From NCBI RefSeq assembly GCF_036321535.1, contig NC_087437.1, forward strand, positions 112,718,001 through 112,782,000: a stretch of DNA of 64,000 bases, read 5' to 3'. Shown one piece after another: positions 24,105 through 37,751 of this stretch (the stretch's first letter is position 1; each line of letters begins with the position of its first letter). The DNA is from Camelus dromedarius. Taxonomy: Eukaryota. Under the pieces are notes generated by a model, which was not told the origin of the DNA, made no database searches, and saw only the letters and a list, made by a program, of their open reading frames with translations. The position numbers and the translations under genes were made by a program.

Positions 24105-25910
24105 GTGAGGGCCACTGCGGGTGCCCAGGTTGGGGAGTGGGGACAGGGCCCTGGCAGAGGGTGGGGTGGGGGAGGCTGTCAAGGAGGCCTGTGTCTGGAT
24201 TCCCAGTGTGAGAAGCTTTCTGATGCATGGGACCATCTAGACGGTAAATCACATAGGAGAGTCTTACCCAAGAGAAGATGGTGATATTCTCATCCATGGC
24301 CAACTCTGTGTCCAGGGATCTCTGCAGACGAAGGACAGATGATCCCATGAGGGGTGCACAGAAACAGACATGCGGGCTGTGCAGTGGGAGTCGGGCTCCA
24401 CTCAGAGAACTTGCTGCTCGGCCACCAACTAGTTGATGCTGCAGAGGAAGTGCCATCACCTCCCTGGTCCTCAGGGGCGGCAGCATCTGAAAATGGCAGC
24501 CCCCTGGCTGATATCTTGATTATTCCTCGTGCTACGTATCACCCCCTCCCTCCAGAAAAATCTATTGCAGAGAATGAAGATGTTTCCTCCTGGGGTCCTG
24601 TGTGCCCTCCGTCCTAGATGATGCCTCGTTTTGTCTCTCCTTCCAGGGAGCTGTTGAAGGGCCTTGGGCACCTGGTCCAGAGGATGGGGAGATGCAGAGT
24701 TGGGAACCCTTGCTTTTCAGGAAGCATTTGGTCCACACATATGGGAGGCTGTCATATTAGGAAACCGGGGGTTGCAGAGCTGGACGTCAGAGTCACCCAA
24801 CAGTTTACAAAGTACTGTGATAAGTTTGGGACCCCTCCCACCCACAGCAGGTGTGAAACCACCTCCTCTGATTGTCTTCACAACCGGGAGAGACATGGCT
24901 CGGGGACCCAGTGTTGCATGAGTACAGGAGGCAGGGTGGGCTGACAGCCCCCAAGGCCACCATTAACACTTAGGAAGCATTGGTGCAAAACAGTGCCCCT
25001 TTCTCAAGACACATGACTGTCACTAAAGATACAGTCTCGGGTGTCTAGGATATGAGTGTCACCCCCTTCGATGTGGCACCTTGTACAGTGGCCAGGTGTG
25101 TGCCAGGATCAACATCAGCTACGGACTCATGAGACAAGGGCTCCCAGGGATCGGCCTCGGTCCAGCCAGTTTATTTTAAAGACAGGCTGTCCCCATCCCT
25201 AAGGAACCTTCCAAAGAACGCCTGGCCTCCAATGGCAGATGCGGCCTCTTTCTAGGCAGGGGCTCACCATGTGGGGCTCAGCTGAGATCTGTGATTTACT
25301 GCGAGTTGTTCCACCACCCAGAGATCAGGGGGGCTCCTTTATTTCCTGGAGTCCAGGAGAGGAGCCACGCCCACCCCTGAACTGGGCGTGCTCGTGCTGG
25401 CTCTGTCCCAGGCCCAGCCCAGGCTCAGGGCAGAGCAGTGGAGTCTGTTGCCCCAAGGCTGCTAGTTGGAGGCCCAGGTGCCTGGGCTGCTCCCCTGGAA
25501 TTCCCAAGACTTGTCTGTGCAGCTGGGGGCAGGGATGCGGGAGCCACCCCCACCTCGTACCTCTCTCAGCCCCCCATTTCTCCACTGTGCCCCTTTCCTC
25601 ACTGTGGCAGGTGAGAGCCTGAGTGCTTTTGTCCAGTTCCACCGCTGAATCCTGGTGGAGTTGAGGTCTGTCCTCCAGAATTTAGTGGGACTCCTGGTGA
25701 AACAGTGTGGACCTGATGGAACCCCCCCCAACAACGTCCCCAGGCAGAGGGGGGACCACCTGCTTCAAAACTCTGCAGCTCCTGGGCCTCCCAGCAAAGC
25801 TGCAGATGCCTTGGTCCCTCCCATCGCTCTGAACAGATCAGTGTGTGCGTGTGTTTGAGTTTCAAGCTAACTGTTTGCTTTCTGAACTGCTTCGTTTTCT
25901 GCATCTGTAG

Positions 25911-26017
25911 ATCTTTCAGAAACCCCTGATGGAGTCTGAGCTGCTGACAGAAAAAGAGGGTGCTATGATTTTTGTTAACTGGAAGGAGCTGATTATGTGT
26001 AATATCAAACTACTGAA
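25911..26017 (+). CDS. ITSN1: ITSN1-L exon (approx. 32), DH domain
   Basis: catctgtag|ATC acceptor, AA|gtaagc donor. 107 nt, phase 0>2. [35 protein letters not shown](K). Absent from the ORF track. Confidence 0.96.
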
Positions 26018-27994
26018 GTAAGCCTCTCCTTGCTAATCCCCCGCCTCGCCTGCCCGCCGCCCTTACACACTAGCTCCTGCGTGGTCCTCCGTGTGCCCCT
26101 CTCTGCATGCGCCCTGTGTTCCTTCCTGCCGTTCTCCCTCATTTCCACTTACGAGCACCATCACTCTTTTTCACCCTGATGCTTTCTTTCTTGGAAATGC
26201 ACCCCAAATTTTTCACTGAGGAGAATAAATTGCTCAGCATCCCAGTTCATGCTTTTACTGTGGTTCTAGAATGAACAGAGCTAGGCAGATCCTGGCTCTG
26301 GATCACTGGCCAGCTCCATCCGGGGTGGGGACAGCCCCCTCCTCAGCCCCCAGCGCCTTCCCTCAGACTCAGGTTCCACTGGGGGATTACTGAGACTTTC
26401 TTGACTCCTGAAGACTGAAAACAGTGGAGCTGTTCACACCCACGGTCAGTGGCAGTTCTCAGGATCCTCCCCTGAGAAGCTGGCCTGGAGCAGTAGATAT
26501 TTTATGCCTTTTTAAGTTTTCTGAGGCAGCTGATGGGCCAGGAGTCAAGAGACCTGGGTTTGGGGCCCAATTCACTGCCCATCCTGTTTCCCCACCTGTA
26601 AAATGAAGGGATTGGACTACATCCTCACAAAGGCCTTTCCAGTTCTTAAAAACAAAAGAGCAAACAAACAAACAAAAAAAACCCCCAAAATAAAACCCCT
26701 TCAATTCCATGTCCAGCAGGCCCTCAGTATCACATCTCTTGCTAGAGATGAAGTCCATGGTGATACTGGGAGCTGGGGAAGCTCAGGCCCAGTGAACTTG
26801 CGTCCATCCCTCATCTCTGGATCCATGTAACTGGGAAGCAGTTATTTCCTAAATGTGGTCCCTGCGTTTTTATAAAGCAATTTCAGGTCCTCACTTTCCG
26901 GAGTGTGTTTGGGAGTGGAGGAAGGGATGGAGAGAGAGGTTCAGAGCAATGGATGAGAAGAAAAAATATAATGTCTTCTCTCTGTGTGTTCTAGAAGGCA
27001 AGTACTCAAAGATGACCCCAGTGAGGGTGTGTAGAGAAGGTATTTCTGTTATTCACCCTGGGGTGAAGCGATCACCCCACTCTTGCCGTGGGGAGAGGCT
27101 GTCTTGTCCTGGGGGCTATTGGGTTAGTTAAGCCTGAACCTACAAGTACTAAACCTAAAGTGTTGGAGAAACTTGTTTTAAAACAAACGCAAAGCTTTTC
27201 TGTTCAAAATATCCCTGCAAGTAAAAACTGCTCTCCTTGGGCGTCTACGTGGGGCGTGGGGAGGCGGGAGATGTCTGATGTCCCTGAGCGCCCCGCCCAG
27301 CCCCGCGCTGTGAGGACTGGCCGGAGGTAAACTGCGCTGCTGGCTCCCTGTACCTTTCCGTTGTCTTCGCACTCTTAACCCTCCCTGCTGCTCCTGTCCG
27401 GGAAGCAGAAGCTCCTTTCTTGAGCTCTGTCGGGGCCAGGCCTGCGTGCCCCTTCCTCCCATTAGCTCTGATGTAATCCACGGCCCTGGAAGTAGGAATT
27501 GAGAGCGCATTTGCAGCTACGGAAACAAGGCTCAGAGAAATTGAGTGACTTGTCTAAAGTAACAAAGAAAGTGATCGGAGCCCCGGGCTGCTCTGTGGCT
27601 GATGCCCAGGGTCCCGCTAGGGGTTCCGCCCTGTTCTGCTCCCCCCACTATCCCCAATGGAAAGAAGGTGGCAGACGTCTCAAGTTTCTATCCGGGCTCC
27701 AGTGCCTTCTAACTTGTTTTGGGCAGTTACCTTGGGCAGATAACTCTCTAGCCCTTTGTTTTAGAACCTGTAAAATGGCCGTCATGGCACCTGCCTTGTC
27801 TAGCGTGCAGGGTCATTCGGAGCTGTAAGGAGATCAGGTGTACAGCGGGCAGCTGTCAATCACAAAGGACACGGGCACCGCCCCTCTCCCATCATAGGGT
27901 CCTAGTGCTCCGCCCCTTCGATCTGATTGGTTAGTTTGGCTGATCTTTTCATCTGCCAGATAAAATATGTAGTTGGGGCCTTCTGGGGACTAGA

Positions 27995-28269
<275 letters not shown>

Positions 28270-31200
28270 AACATATTATGAAAATTTTCAACCAGAAAAT
28301 TTTTCTTTCCAGAAAAACGGAAAGAATTGTATGGTGAGTGCCCATATTGTAGATTATACAATTTTGCTACATAGGCTCCATTTCTTCGTGCAAAGACTAA
28401 CCTCAACGACGGGAAGATACAGGGCTCCCGGCATGCTGGAAGAGGGAGGCACTTGTGGAGGGAAAGAATTTAAGGCAGCTCTCCCTGGAAGGCCACAGTG
28501 GGCAGCCATACACCTGCCACTCCTGATCCAGGGGCCAGTGACTCCTTGTACTTACAGGGGACACAGGATTTATTAAACAGATAAAAAAGAAATAAATAAA
28601 AGAAACATAAAAGGGCACATGAACTTCCTACTAATGCTGTCTCTAGTTGGGGGTTAGAATGGATGGTTGACTCTCTTACCTGGGAGAAGAGAGCTGAGAA
28701 ACTTGCTTTTAATAAGCAGAGTAGGGCAGAAGGATTTAGGACCTTTTAAAATTAAGAGCTAGGGGCAGCTGTTAGAAGTGATAACAGAAGGAATGCAGAA
28801 ATGAGACTGGGCCCCGCAAACCCAGGTGCTGGCAGTGGTTTTTTCTTTTCTTTTTAAAATTAAGATCTTTTTCTGCCTCCTTGCTTGAAAAAGAAAAAGA
28901 AAAAGAAAAAAAGAAATGAAAAACCTCAAAAAAACAAGAGACCTTTTCTTAAGTATAAACTATCTGCCTTACTTTGTTTTTAACTTAAGAAGAATAGACA
29001 CAATTTTATTTTAAGCAGAAAAACAAAGAAAAATAAAAAGTAAAAAATATCTTGGGGGGTAAAGTCAGGGTGAGAGAAGGAAGAAAGAAAGGGGCTTTGG
29101 CTGGGAGTGGGAAGGGTGAGAGGGAAGGATGGTGAGCCGAGGAATGAAGAGGAAAGACAGCAGAGAGGGAAGAGCAGAGGGGCGGTGGAAACTGGAAGGA
29201 GAGAAACTTGCCCGGAGCGAGGATGGGGAGGATCCCAGAGTGGTGGAGGTGGGGCGGGGCGGGGCGTGGAGTCAGACCCCCTGGGTTCCCAGGCTGCCTC
29301 TGTCACTGTGTGACTCTGGCCAGGCCACTCGATTTCCTGTGCCTTGGTTTCCCCAACAGTCAATAGGGATAATATATAATACACGTTTAAAAAAAGTGCT
29401 TGACACACAGGACACATTCATAAATGCCGGCTCTTGTGACCGTCACCTGATCTGTGGACTTCAGGGGGTTAGGGGCATGTATTCACTCAGCAAACCTTGA
29501 GCGCTCTGATGTGTTCATTAGCTGATTGATTATTACCACAGTTCAAGGTCCTAAATCTGTAGACCTTTAATTAGGTTACAAATCAGCTCACCAAAGGGTG
29601 GGGCTGTGTCGACAGCAACATAGTCATGTTATCCCTGAACCTAGAGACACCCCGTTTCAACCCATTCAAGCCCAGTCCTCAAAAGCCTCACCTGTGCAGT
29701 AAAACATCCCAAAAGCTGAACCTAACAGGCACCTGGTCCATAGCAGGGGCCTGATTTTAGGTCTACCTCCTGGTTGGACCACTCAAGTCTACAGTGTGGA
29801 CCTCCAGAACCCAGGAACTGGTTTAACTTCCTCATGACAGTGATGATCTGTGTGTGGTCTTTTTTCTTTTCCCTTTTTCTTGTCACCCTATCATTAAAAA
29901 AAAAAAAAAAAAGGAGAGAGTGGGTAGTGAAAGTACTTTTATCCTTGCATAGAGATTGTGTTGCTCCTCACTAGAAAATATGGAATGATGGAATTTCCTC
30001 CTGTTTCCATCCATAGCAAGTTTGTAACATGGTTATTCAGAGCTCTCGTTCCCCAGAATTGGTGGCAGCAACACCCTTGAGCAAATTTCTACAAAGGAGA
30101 TGTTTTACACTGGCCCCTGCAGTGGGCAGTGGCCACCTGGCCGTCCTGGGGGTACCAGGTACCATTCTGCACACCCCAAGTATGCAGTGCTGACAACACC
30201 TCTCCCTGCAAGGGCATAGGTGGAATCGCTAATTGTTCAGACCATATAATGTGTTGTCCCTAAAGTTTCTCTCCTTGGCTTGCCTGATCGGTTCCAAAGA
30301 TCTTTTTCTTTGACCACAAATGTGGAAGAAAGAAAATAAAGTGATCTGAAGTTTTTAGAGCCTAATACTAAGATTGCAGAGTTTCCTTAGAATTATTTAA
30401 CCCTACCCATGACCATGAAGGCAGCCAAAAGGATTCACAGTGACATCCTCCCAGCCTTATGTTAAAATCTGTATCATTCCATCCCTTCCTTCCTTCCATC
30501 CATCCATCCATCCATCATCTGTAATCACTAGGGTAGGCAGAACACACCCACAGCCTCATAGGTTGTCATCCTGCCCTCATAGTACATTGCTATCCCTTCT
30601 TGGCTTCCAGGATATAAATTGTTTGGATCCATGGACCTATTATCATATGAATAGACCTCTCTCTTCAGAACTCCTCTTAATCCAGTCCATTTCAAATTAG
30701 CCACAGCCAGGAAGCAGTGAACGGCATGGAGGGTTCAGACAATCATTTATACCTGGCTTTCGTGAACACAAAGGAATTATTTTCCTGTGGCAGTTGATTT
30801 ACCCTCTTAATTATATTTTGTTTAGTCTGAAAATGAGCCTGCATGGCCCCTGGCAACAGCGGCTTCCCTTGGGCAGCACTGGCCCTGGAAACAGATTCAG
30901 TGCTGGGGTCCTACCAACCTGGATGGTTACTCCATAAAGCAAGACAGCCACACAGGAGCCCTGTCTGAGTTATTTAAAAAAGGAGCCCATATTTTTCCAG
31001 AAAAAAGAAGAAAAATTGTTTTTTATGCTGACTTGTTCAGCAGAGTTTTTGTTTTGTTTTGTTTTTCTAAGTTTTTCTTTCTAAGAGCCAGCAAACAGCC
31101 ATCAGGTCAAAGAAAGATGCCCCAGTGAGACCTCTCTGTAGCGCTAGACTCATCGCTTGTTCTGTTCCTTGTCGCCCACATAGACCCTGTAGTGGCCCCT

Positions 31201-31309
31201 GGGTTTGTGCCCCTCACACACATTCTGTTTCTGTCCCACCTGGAAGTGCTCCGTGTCACTGTCGGAGAGCGCGAAGGCGGGGGGGCTCACTTCTCGTGTT
31301 TCCGCGCAG

Positions 31310-31493
31310 AGCGCTGAGAGTGCGCAAGAAGATGTCCGGGGAGAGGATGCCGGTGAAGATGATCGGGGACATCCTGACAGCGCAGCTGCCGCACATGCAG
31401 CCCTACATCCGCTTCTGCAGCTGCCAGCTCAACGGGGCTGCCCTGATCCAGCAGAAGACAGACGAGGCCCCGGACTTCAAGGAGTTTGTCAAA
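31310..31493 (+). CDS. ITSN1: ITSN1-L exon (approx. 33), DH domain
   Basis: tccgcgcag|A acceptor, AAA|gtaagg donor. 184 nt, phase 2>0. [61 protein letters not shown]. Confidence 0.97.
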
Positions 31494-33268
31494 GTAAGGA
31501 GCCCAGGCTGAGCCGAGTCCCTGCGAGGGGCTGGCTCGCACATCTGCAGTACGTTTCTGCTGCAGGCCAACAAGGGCCGAGATCTTCGCTGAAAAACGGG
31601 AGGCTGGCCCTCACTGGCGAGTGTGGCTGAGACCAAGGGGGTGGGCTTGGAGAGGAGGGGCCAGCCGTGGCCTGGAAGCTCTGATCCATTGTCCAGGTGT
31701 GGAGTGGTGTTATTTGGATACTGGTTTAAATCCTCCACCTCATTTGTCAGGCTCAGGAGGGCTGGTGGGTCTCAGGTTTCCTATTGTGTTTAATCCAAGC
31801 ATCCTCACTTCCTTTGCTGGTCTCTGCCCGTCACCTGCAAAGGAAACAGTCAATGTAGCAGCAATATTGATGGACCCTTGGTTTTTCTCTAAGTTGGTTC
31901 TTTCTGATGGGCTCAAACTCTGGGAAGGCTGTGGGGTTGAGTGTGGGATGCCAGGACCTCTGCCTTGGAGGATAACGAGGGTCTGGAGAGCCATGTGTCC
32001 ACCAAGGGACATCTGAGGTAGGTGGGCCTCATGTTGCTGGAGTTCCCAGACGCTGAGCCTGCTGCCCTGGGACGTGGCCTTGGCCGGGATGGGCCCTTGC
32101 TGGCCGTCATGTCTGTGGAATCATCACTGTGAGCTGAAAGTCCCGTCCCTTCTTGGCCGCAGCATCTCGTGTTTTTTCTTTCTCCCCATTTCTCAATATT
32201 AAATGCCTTGATTTTCCATCCAATGAATGGGGCATCTGAAGTCATTCTAAGGGGAGAAATCTGGCTGAGAAGTAGGCCTAGGGTGGGCTGGAGACTGGAG
32301 AGCTGGGCTACTGGGTGCCACAGGCCACCCGGGATTCCAGCCAAGGGCTGGGTCCTCCCTGGGTGCAGGCAGGATGAGTTCATCCCTGGATGCACTTGAA
32401 CTTCAGGGAGATGCTGACCCCAGCCCAGGGAGGGGCCTTGTTGCCCCTCCCCTGCTCGCCCCTCCCCTCATTACCTCTCCCTGCCTCGTCCCTGCGGGAC
32501 TCTGACCTGCTTTTGCCAGCTGCGAAATGTTCCTGGAATAATGGTGTCCATAGCTGGAGCCGGTTCAGGCGCGGACAGGCCCCAGGGCTTGGGGCCCAGG
32601 TCATGGCATTAAACCCGTTCCTAAGGAGTTAAACCTGACTGTCACCATATAACCCCTGTGACTTGTAGCCGGGGTCACCTTCTTGGGGTAGAAGGGCTCT
32701 TGCCCTCCAGTGAGGATGACAAAAGTGGCGGAAAGAAAGAGAGAGGGAGTCCAGGGTGGAGACAAACACATGGCCCTCACGTCTCAGCTTTGCTGTCCCT
32801 GCCCTGCCTGGGGCTCCCTCCGGCATATGCAGACTTTGCTCGAAACAGACAGTGACATTCGACCCTTCCAGCATCTCTGAGACTCATGGGGAATTTTTAT
32901 TCTGACCCTATAGTCTTGTGACTCCTTGTTCCTGGGACTGCTGTAAAGTTTCGGCAGATATCCAGAGGAAAGATTTTCTGTGCACCTAGAATCTCATTTC
33001 TGGAAGTAAGGAAGCACGTGTCCTGGGAGCAGGGGTTAATCCTGTGGCTGAGTCACATCCGCGGGCAGCTCCCACCCTCCATCTGGAGCGAGCTTCCTCC
33101 TGGCCCAGGATAGCGGTCCAGCCCTTCCAGCTCCAGGCTCCTCAGTTGTTGTCCAGATAAATGACGTGATGATGTGACGGGTGGGAGCCCCTAAATAACG
33201 TTGTTGCTGAATGGATTTTGCAAATGTCTTAACTACACTAAACAAAACAAAACACACTGTCCTTTCAG

Positions 33269-33367
33269 AGACTGGCCATGGACCCTCGCTGTAAGGGGAT
33301 GCCACTCTCTAGTTTTATACTGAAGCCTATGCAACGGGTAACAAGATACCCACTGATCATTAAAAAT
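33269..33367 (+). CDS. ITSN1: ITSN1-L exon (approx. 34), DH domain
   Basis: cctttcag|AGA acceptor, AAT|gtaagt donor. 99 nt, phase 0>0. [33 protein letters not shown], containing the DH conserved-region motif [11 protein letters not shown]. Confidence 0.97.
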
Positions 33368-33652
33368 GTAAGTACCTGTCTTGCCTTTTCAAGCAGAGAA
33401 ATGCTTTCTCAGCAGGTCAGGGATCCCGGGTCATGGGCAGGCTCCCCCACCAACACACCTGGTGTCTGTTGTGTAGAAATCATATACCAACAGGCTGTGG
33501 GAGGCATCTGCTTGCTAACTCAGAAAGAAAAGCTGGTTTATCATGAAAAGAGTTAGTGACACACAGCCTTCAGCTGTGTGACCAAGCGGCTTCCACTGTA
33601 TAGGCTGGACCATGAGAGCTCAGTTCTTTTCCTAATACAGGTGTAGTGTCTT

Positions 33653-33794
33653 CTAAAATTTTTTAATTTTATTTTTTTGGAGGGGAGTAATTAGGTTTTT
33701 AAAAATTTATTTATAATGGAGGTACTGCGGATTGAACCCCAGACCTTGTGCATGCTGAGCACGCACTCTACCACTGAGCTATATGCTCCCCTCT
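33653..33794 (-). mobile_element. tRNA-derived SINE (vic-1-like)
   Basis: Reverse complement GGGGAGCATATAGCTCAGTGGTAGAGTGCGTGCTCAGCATGCACAAGGTCTGGGGTTCAATCC..., tail AACCTAATTACTCCCC plus A-rich sequence. TSD CAGGTGTAGTGTCTT (33638) / CAGGGGTAGTGTCTT (33795). Confidence 0.88.
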
Positions 33795-34699
33795 CAGGGG
33801 TAGTGTCTTTATGCCTTGGGTTTCCTAGAAAGAAAGAGAGAAAGGAATATAATTTCCACCACCCACCTTCAGAAAGCCATTGTGAGATACTCTCTGTTGA
33901 TATTAGATTGCTATTCTCCTGTCTCTTCAAGAAAGCCAACATCAAAGGAAAAGAAAAAAAATGTGCCCACCTATAAAATGAGTGAACAGACTTACACATC
34001 TTCTGAGCCCATGATTCTTTAACCACAGGGAGGAGAGCTGTTGGAGAGAGGTTTCAGATCCGCTTCTTTTGAATGGAGAATTTAGAAACGCAGATCTGGA
34101 CACTGGTGTGCTCACTGCCACGCGGGTGTTGTTGCCTTTGAGGCCTCTCATTGGTAGAGTCAGGAAATACATGTATGTGTATATATTCATACACACATAT
34201 TTACATATATATGTGTGCAAACATATTTATAATGCCATCAATATATGTATATTATAATATATATTAAAACCCATGAGTTCACACCAATACTTCCTGCTCT
34301 AATCTAATACCACAGAATTTCTTCTAGCTTCCCCTCTTTCTATATTTATAATTCTCTTCTCTGCAAGAAGCCTGGCTCTCATCATCCTCCATATATTTAC
34401 TTATTTGCTGAATGCCCTTATATGTAATACATTTCCCTCCTGTGTAAGCTGCCTCCCCAGTCCAACCCCACATCGACCCCACAGAATACACTGTGGCCAC
34501 ACTGGCTGAGTTAAAGAATTAGTTTTGAAAGATACTTTCAACCTACTGTTTCCTTGTCTCCAACTTGACAATTACTATTCAACTAACTGAACATTTTTCT
34601 TTACTTCCCCCAATATTTAACTGCAAATTAAAGTTGGAAACAAGTTTTTAAAATAGATGTTCTAGATCTGGCCAGTGGGGAGGAAAACAAAAACAGGAA

Positions 34700-36470
34700 A
34701 GATTTGAGAGGCATAAATATTAAAAAGGAAAAAACATATTTTCATTATTTGCCAAAACACGATTGCTACCCTCTTTTAGAGAGAGAACCCAAGAGAATGA
34801 ACTGAAAACTAAGAAGAGAATTTTAGAAGGTGGTCAGTTATAAGATAGATATGGAAAATTGTAAAAGTACTAAGACTAAATTTTTTTTTTTATAATACTG
34901 AAGTGGGGCAATTCTTAGCATGGCCCCAAAGACAGAACTTGAAAGAATTTGGAGTTGTAGCAACTTGAAAAAAAAACTTATTCTGGGAACAACCTAGGTG
35001 TTCATTAAGGAGAGTAGTTAAAGTGGTGAATCTGTATATGAAAGAGACTTTTATTTATTAGCTGGAATTACATCTAGGAAGTGCTATTAAATTAAAAAAA
35101 AAAACTTTTCACTAGCAATCCTACAGTATGGTCCATTTTGTAAAACTGAGGAGAAACTCTATGTCACTATTAAATATATGTGGAGCATCGAAAGGGAAAC
35201 AAATGGTTGCCCTTAGGTCTGGGCACGGTTACCTCTGGGGCAGGAGAGTGAAGGGGAGAGAGCAAAATTGTTCTCTATACTTCTGCATATCAAGAATATG
35301 TTAATATTATTTGCATAAACAGTTTTCTTAAAAATTCTGTGTAACAAAAATAGAATAAACAACATTAAAAGACAAATGACAGGTATAAACTGAGTAAACA
35401 TATTTTAACTGTATGTAAGTAGATACTGAAATATACATCTATCTATCTATACATGTAAAGCACTATTACAACTTGAAAAGAAAAAGACAAATACCTTAAT
35501 AGAAAAATAGGTAAAACATATAACCAGACATTTTTGAGAGGTGTGTAGAGTAGCAGTAAAAAATGTGTTGTCAGGAACCAGGCTGCTTGAGTTTGAATCT
35601 CAGGAGCACTACTGTGTGCCCTTGGGCAAATTACTTAACCTCTCTGGGCCTCAGTTTCCTCATCTGTAAAATAAGGACACTAATAGTACCTACTGCATAG
35701 TGTTGTGGGAAATTAACTGAATTAATAAGTGTAAAATGTCTGGCTCGTACTAAGCAGTATATCAATGTTAACTTTATCATTTAGTGTGCTTGTGTTCTAA
35801 ATGTACACAAAATTTAAATTCACTGATAATAAAAGAAATGCATAACAAAACAAGAAAATACCTTTGGCTTTTGGCTTGCCAGATAGGCATATATTGAAAA
35901 GATTGTGAGTCCCCAGTGTTGACAAGGTTGCTGGTGAAAACTAAACTGGTTCAGCCTTTGGGAGGGAGGGTGATGTATACATCAAATTCCACATTCTCTT
36001 TGGTTCGGCACTTCCATCTCTAGGAATTTATCCTAAATCAGAGGAATATTGAAGTGTTGGAAACATGAAGTTTTGTAGGAAGGGAACTGTTTAAATGCAT
36101 TGTGGTTTATCCTTAGAATGACATAGTATAGAATCCTTAAAAATGATGATCTAGATCCATATGAACTGCACATCAAATGATGTGCTATAACTGCTACTAA
36201 GCGGGGAGGAAGCAACGTACAAAACGGTACAGTGTAGTACGGCAGTATGATCCAATTTTTATTTTTTAAAATCTATATGTATTTATATTCAGGCAGAGTG
36301 CATTAATGAATATGTAGACAGAGGTTATTTCCAGATGGGGAAACTGTGGGTGGCTTTTTAGGTTCTTTAATGACTTTCTGAATTTTCTAAATTTTGTACA
36401 TTGTACAGTAGTACTCTTATAATGAGAAAAGCAATAAACCTATTTTCATTTTGAAACAAAAGAAAATAAA
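34700..36470 (+). mobile_element. Degenerate old L1 (L1M/L1ME) fragments, interrupted by the MIR
   Basis: A-rich segments resembling L1 ORF2 end and 3'UTR, e.g. CTTCCATCTCTAGGAATTTATCCTAAA and TATAATGAGAAAAGCAATAAA. Confidence 0.55.
35540..35781 (+). mobile_element. MIR SINE, near full length
   Basis: CTGTGTGCCCTTGGGCAAATTACTTAACCTCTCTGGGCCTCAGTTTCCTCATCTGTAAAAT core. Confidence 0.85.
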
Positions 36471-36511
36471 TGAATTCACACCATTCAGCTGGGTGGGCTC
36501 CTGGTCTAGAA

Positions 36512-36650
36512 CAGTGGTCCTCAGACTTGGGGAGCTCTAGAAAATTCTGATACCTGAGTCCCACCCCTGGGGATCCTGATATGGTCAGAGTTGAGGCATT
36601 AGGGTTTTTCAGAGGGATTCTAATGTTCAGCCAGGATCAACACAGAGTTG
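36512..36650. mobile_element. MER5A-like fragment
   Basis: CAGTGGTCCTCAGACTT start and GATTCTAATGTTCAGCCAGG near the end. Confidence 0.5.
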
Positions 36651-36939
36651 GGGCTGTTGCTTGGAGATGATTGGTGGACGCACCAGACCCAGATTGGGCG
36701 TTCTCCTCAAATTGGGTGCTTACTTAGGCCTTTAAACCAAAGTGTACCTTTAGGATAAGGTATTATCCAGGCTAAGGCCCACTTGAGTTATTTGTATGTG
36801 GACAAGATGTGGGCAAGTACACCCTCAACACCCTCCTGGTCCACTCCAAAGGTGGCTGAGGGTCATTCTTTATTCTTAGGGTCTTTCCTCATGATGCTTG
36901 TTTTTGGTGTCCTCAAAGTCCTTTGAGAATCTGATGGTA

Positions 36940-37165
36940 ATTGCTGTCACTTACTGAGCACCTTCAAAGGGCCAGGTACTTTGCAAAGTTCTTCCCTTGT
37001 ATCAAACCATTTAGTCCTCCAAAGCACCTTGTAAAGAAGGTGCTATTAGTATCCCCATTTTTCATTTGAGGAAATTGAGGCTCAGAACGTTTATGTGAGT
37101 GACCCATATCACAGCTGGTCAGTGGCAGAGTAGGAACTTAAACCCAGGAGGTCTTTCTCCAGAAC
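36940..37165 (-). mobile_element. MIR SINE
   Basis: TATTAGTATCCCCATTTT..TGAGGAAATTGAGGCTCAGA, the antisense MIR core. Confidence 0.75.
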
Positions 37166-37583
37166 TGGCTATCTTAATCATTAGCTTGGAATGATTTATC
37201 CAGAAAAATGCATCTTTGAGCAGATGCACCCATTAGCATGCAGTTCCAGAGGTGCACAGATGCCTGCAGCTGTGCATGGATCCAGGAAAGAGCCATTCTA
37301 TACGGAGAAATCCACTCAGGATGTGTTATTGCCCTTGCTGCAGCCATGGCCCTCCTCATACCCCAAACATAGATCATGTGGCAGTCCCTGCTCCCCAAGG
37401 TTCCCCTGCCAGCAAGGAGCGGCCATCTTTCTTCATGTCATTGCTGAGGTGGGTGCTTAGAGCTGCAGTTGCTCATGTGGGTGCTGTTCAGGAAAGGTCT
37501 GTGTCTGCTTCTGCTCAGTCTGGCCCTCCAGGACAAGCCCACCCACACTGCCTAAGGCTGCTGTCTTCTGTTCTCTGATGTAG

Positions 37584-37751
37584 ATCCTGGAAAACACTCC
37601 CGAAAACCACCCGGACCACAGCCACTTGAAGCACGCCCTGGAGAAGGCGGAGGAGCTGTGCTCCCAGGTGAACGAAGGGGTGCGGGAGAAGGAGAACTCG
37701 GACCGGCTGGAGTGGATCCAGGCCCACGTGCAGTGTGAAGGCTTGTCTGAG
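37584..37751 (+). CDS. ITSN1: ITSN1-L exon (approx. 35), end of DH domain and DH-PH linker
   Basis: tgatgtag|ATC acceptor, GAG|gtagtg donor. 168 nt, phase 0>0. [56 protein letters not shown]. Confidence 0.96.

Noticed and set aside
33720..33792. tRNA-like sequence with A and B boxes (also at 370-445, 489-548, 42245-42316)
   Set aside because: It has a SINE tail and TSDs, and the copies are mutually diverged. These are retroposed SINEs, not tRNA genes.
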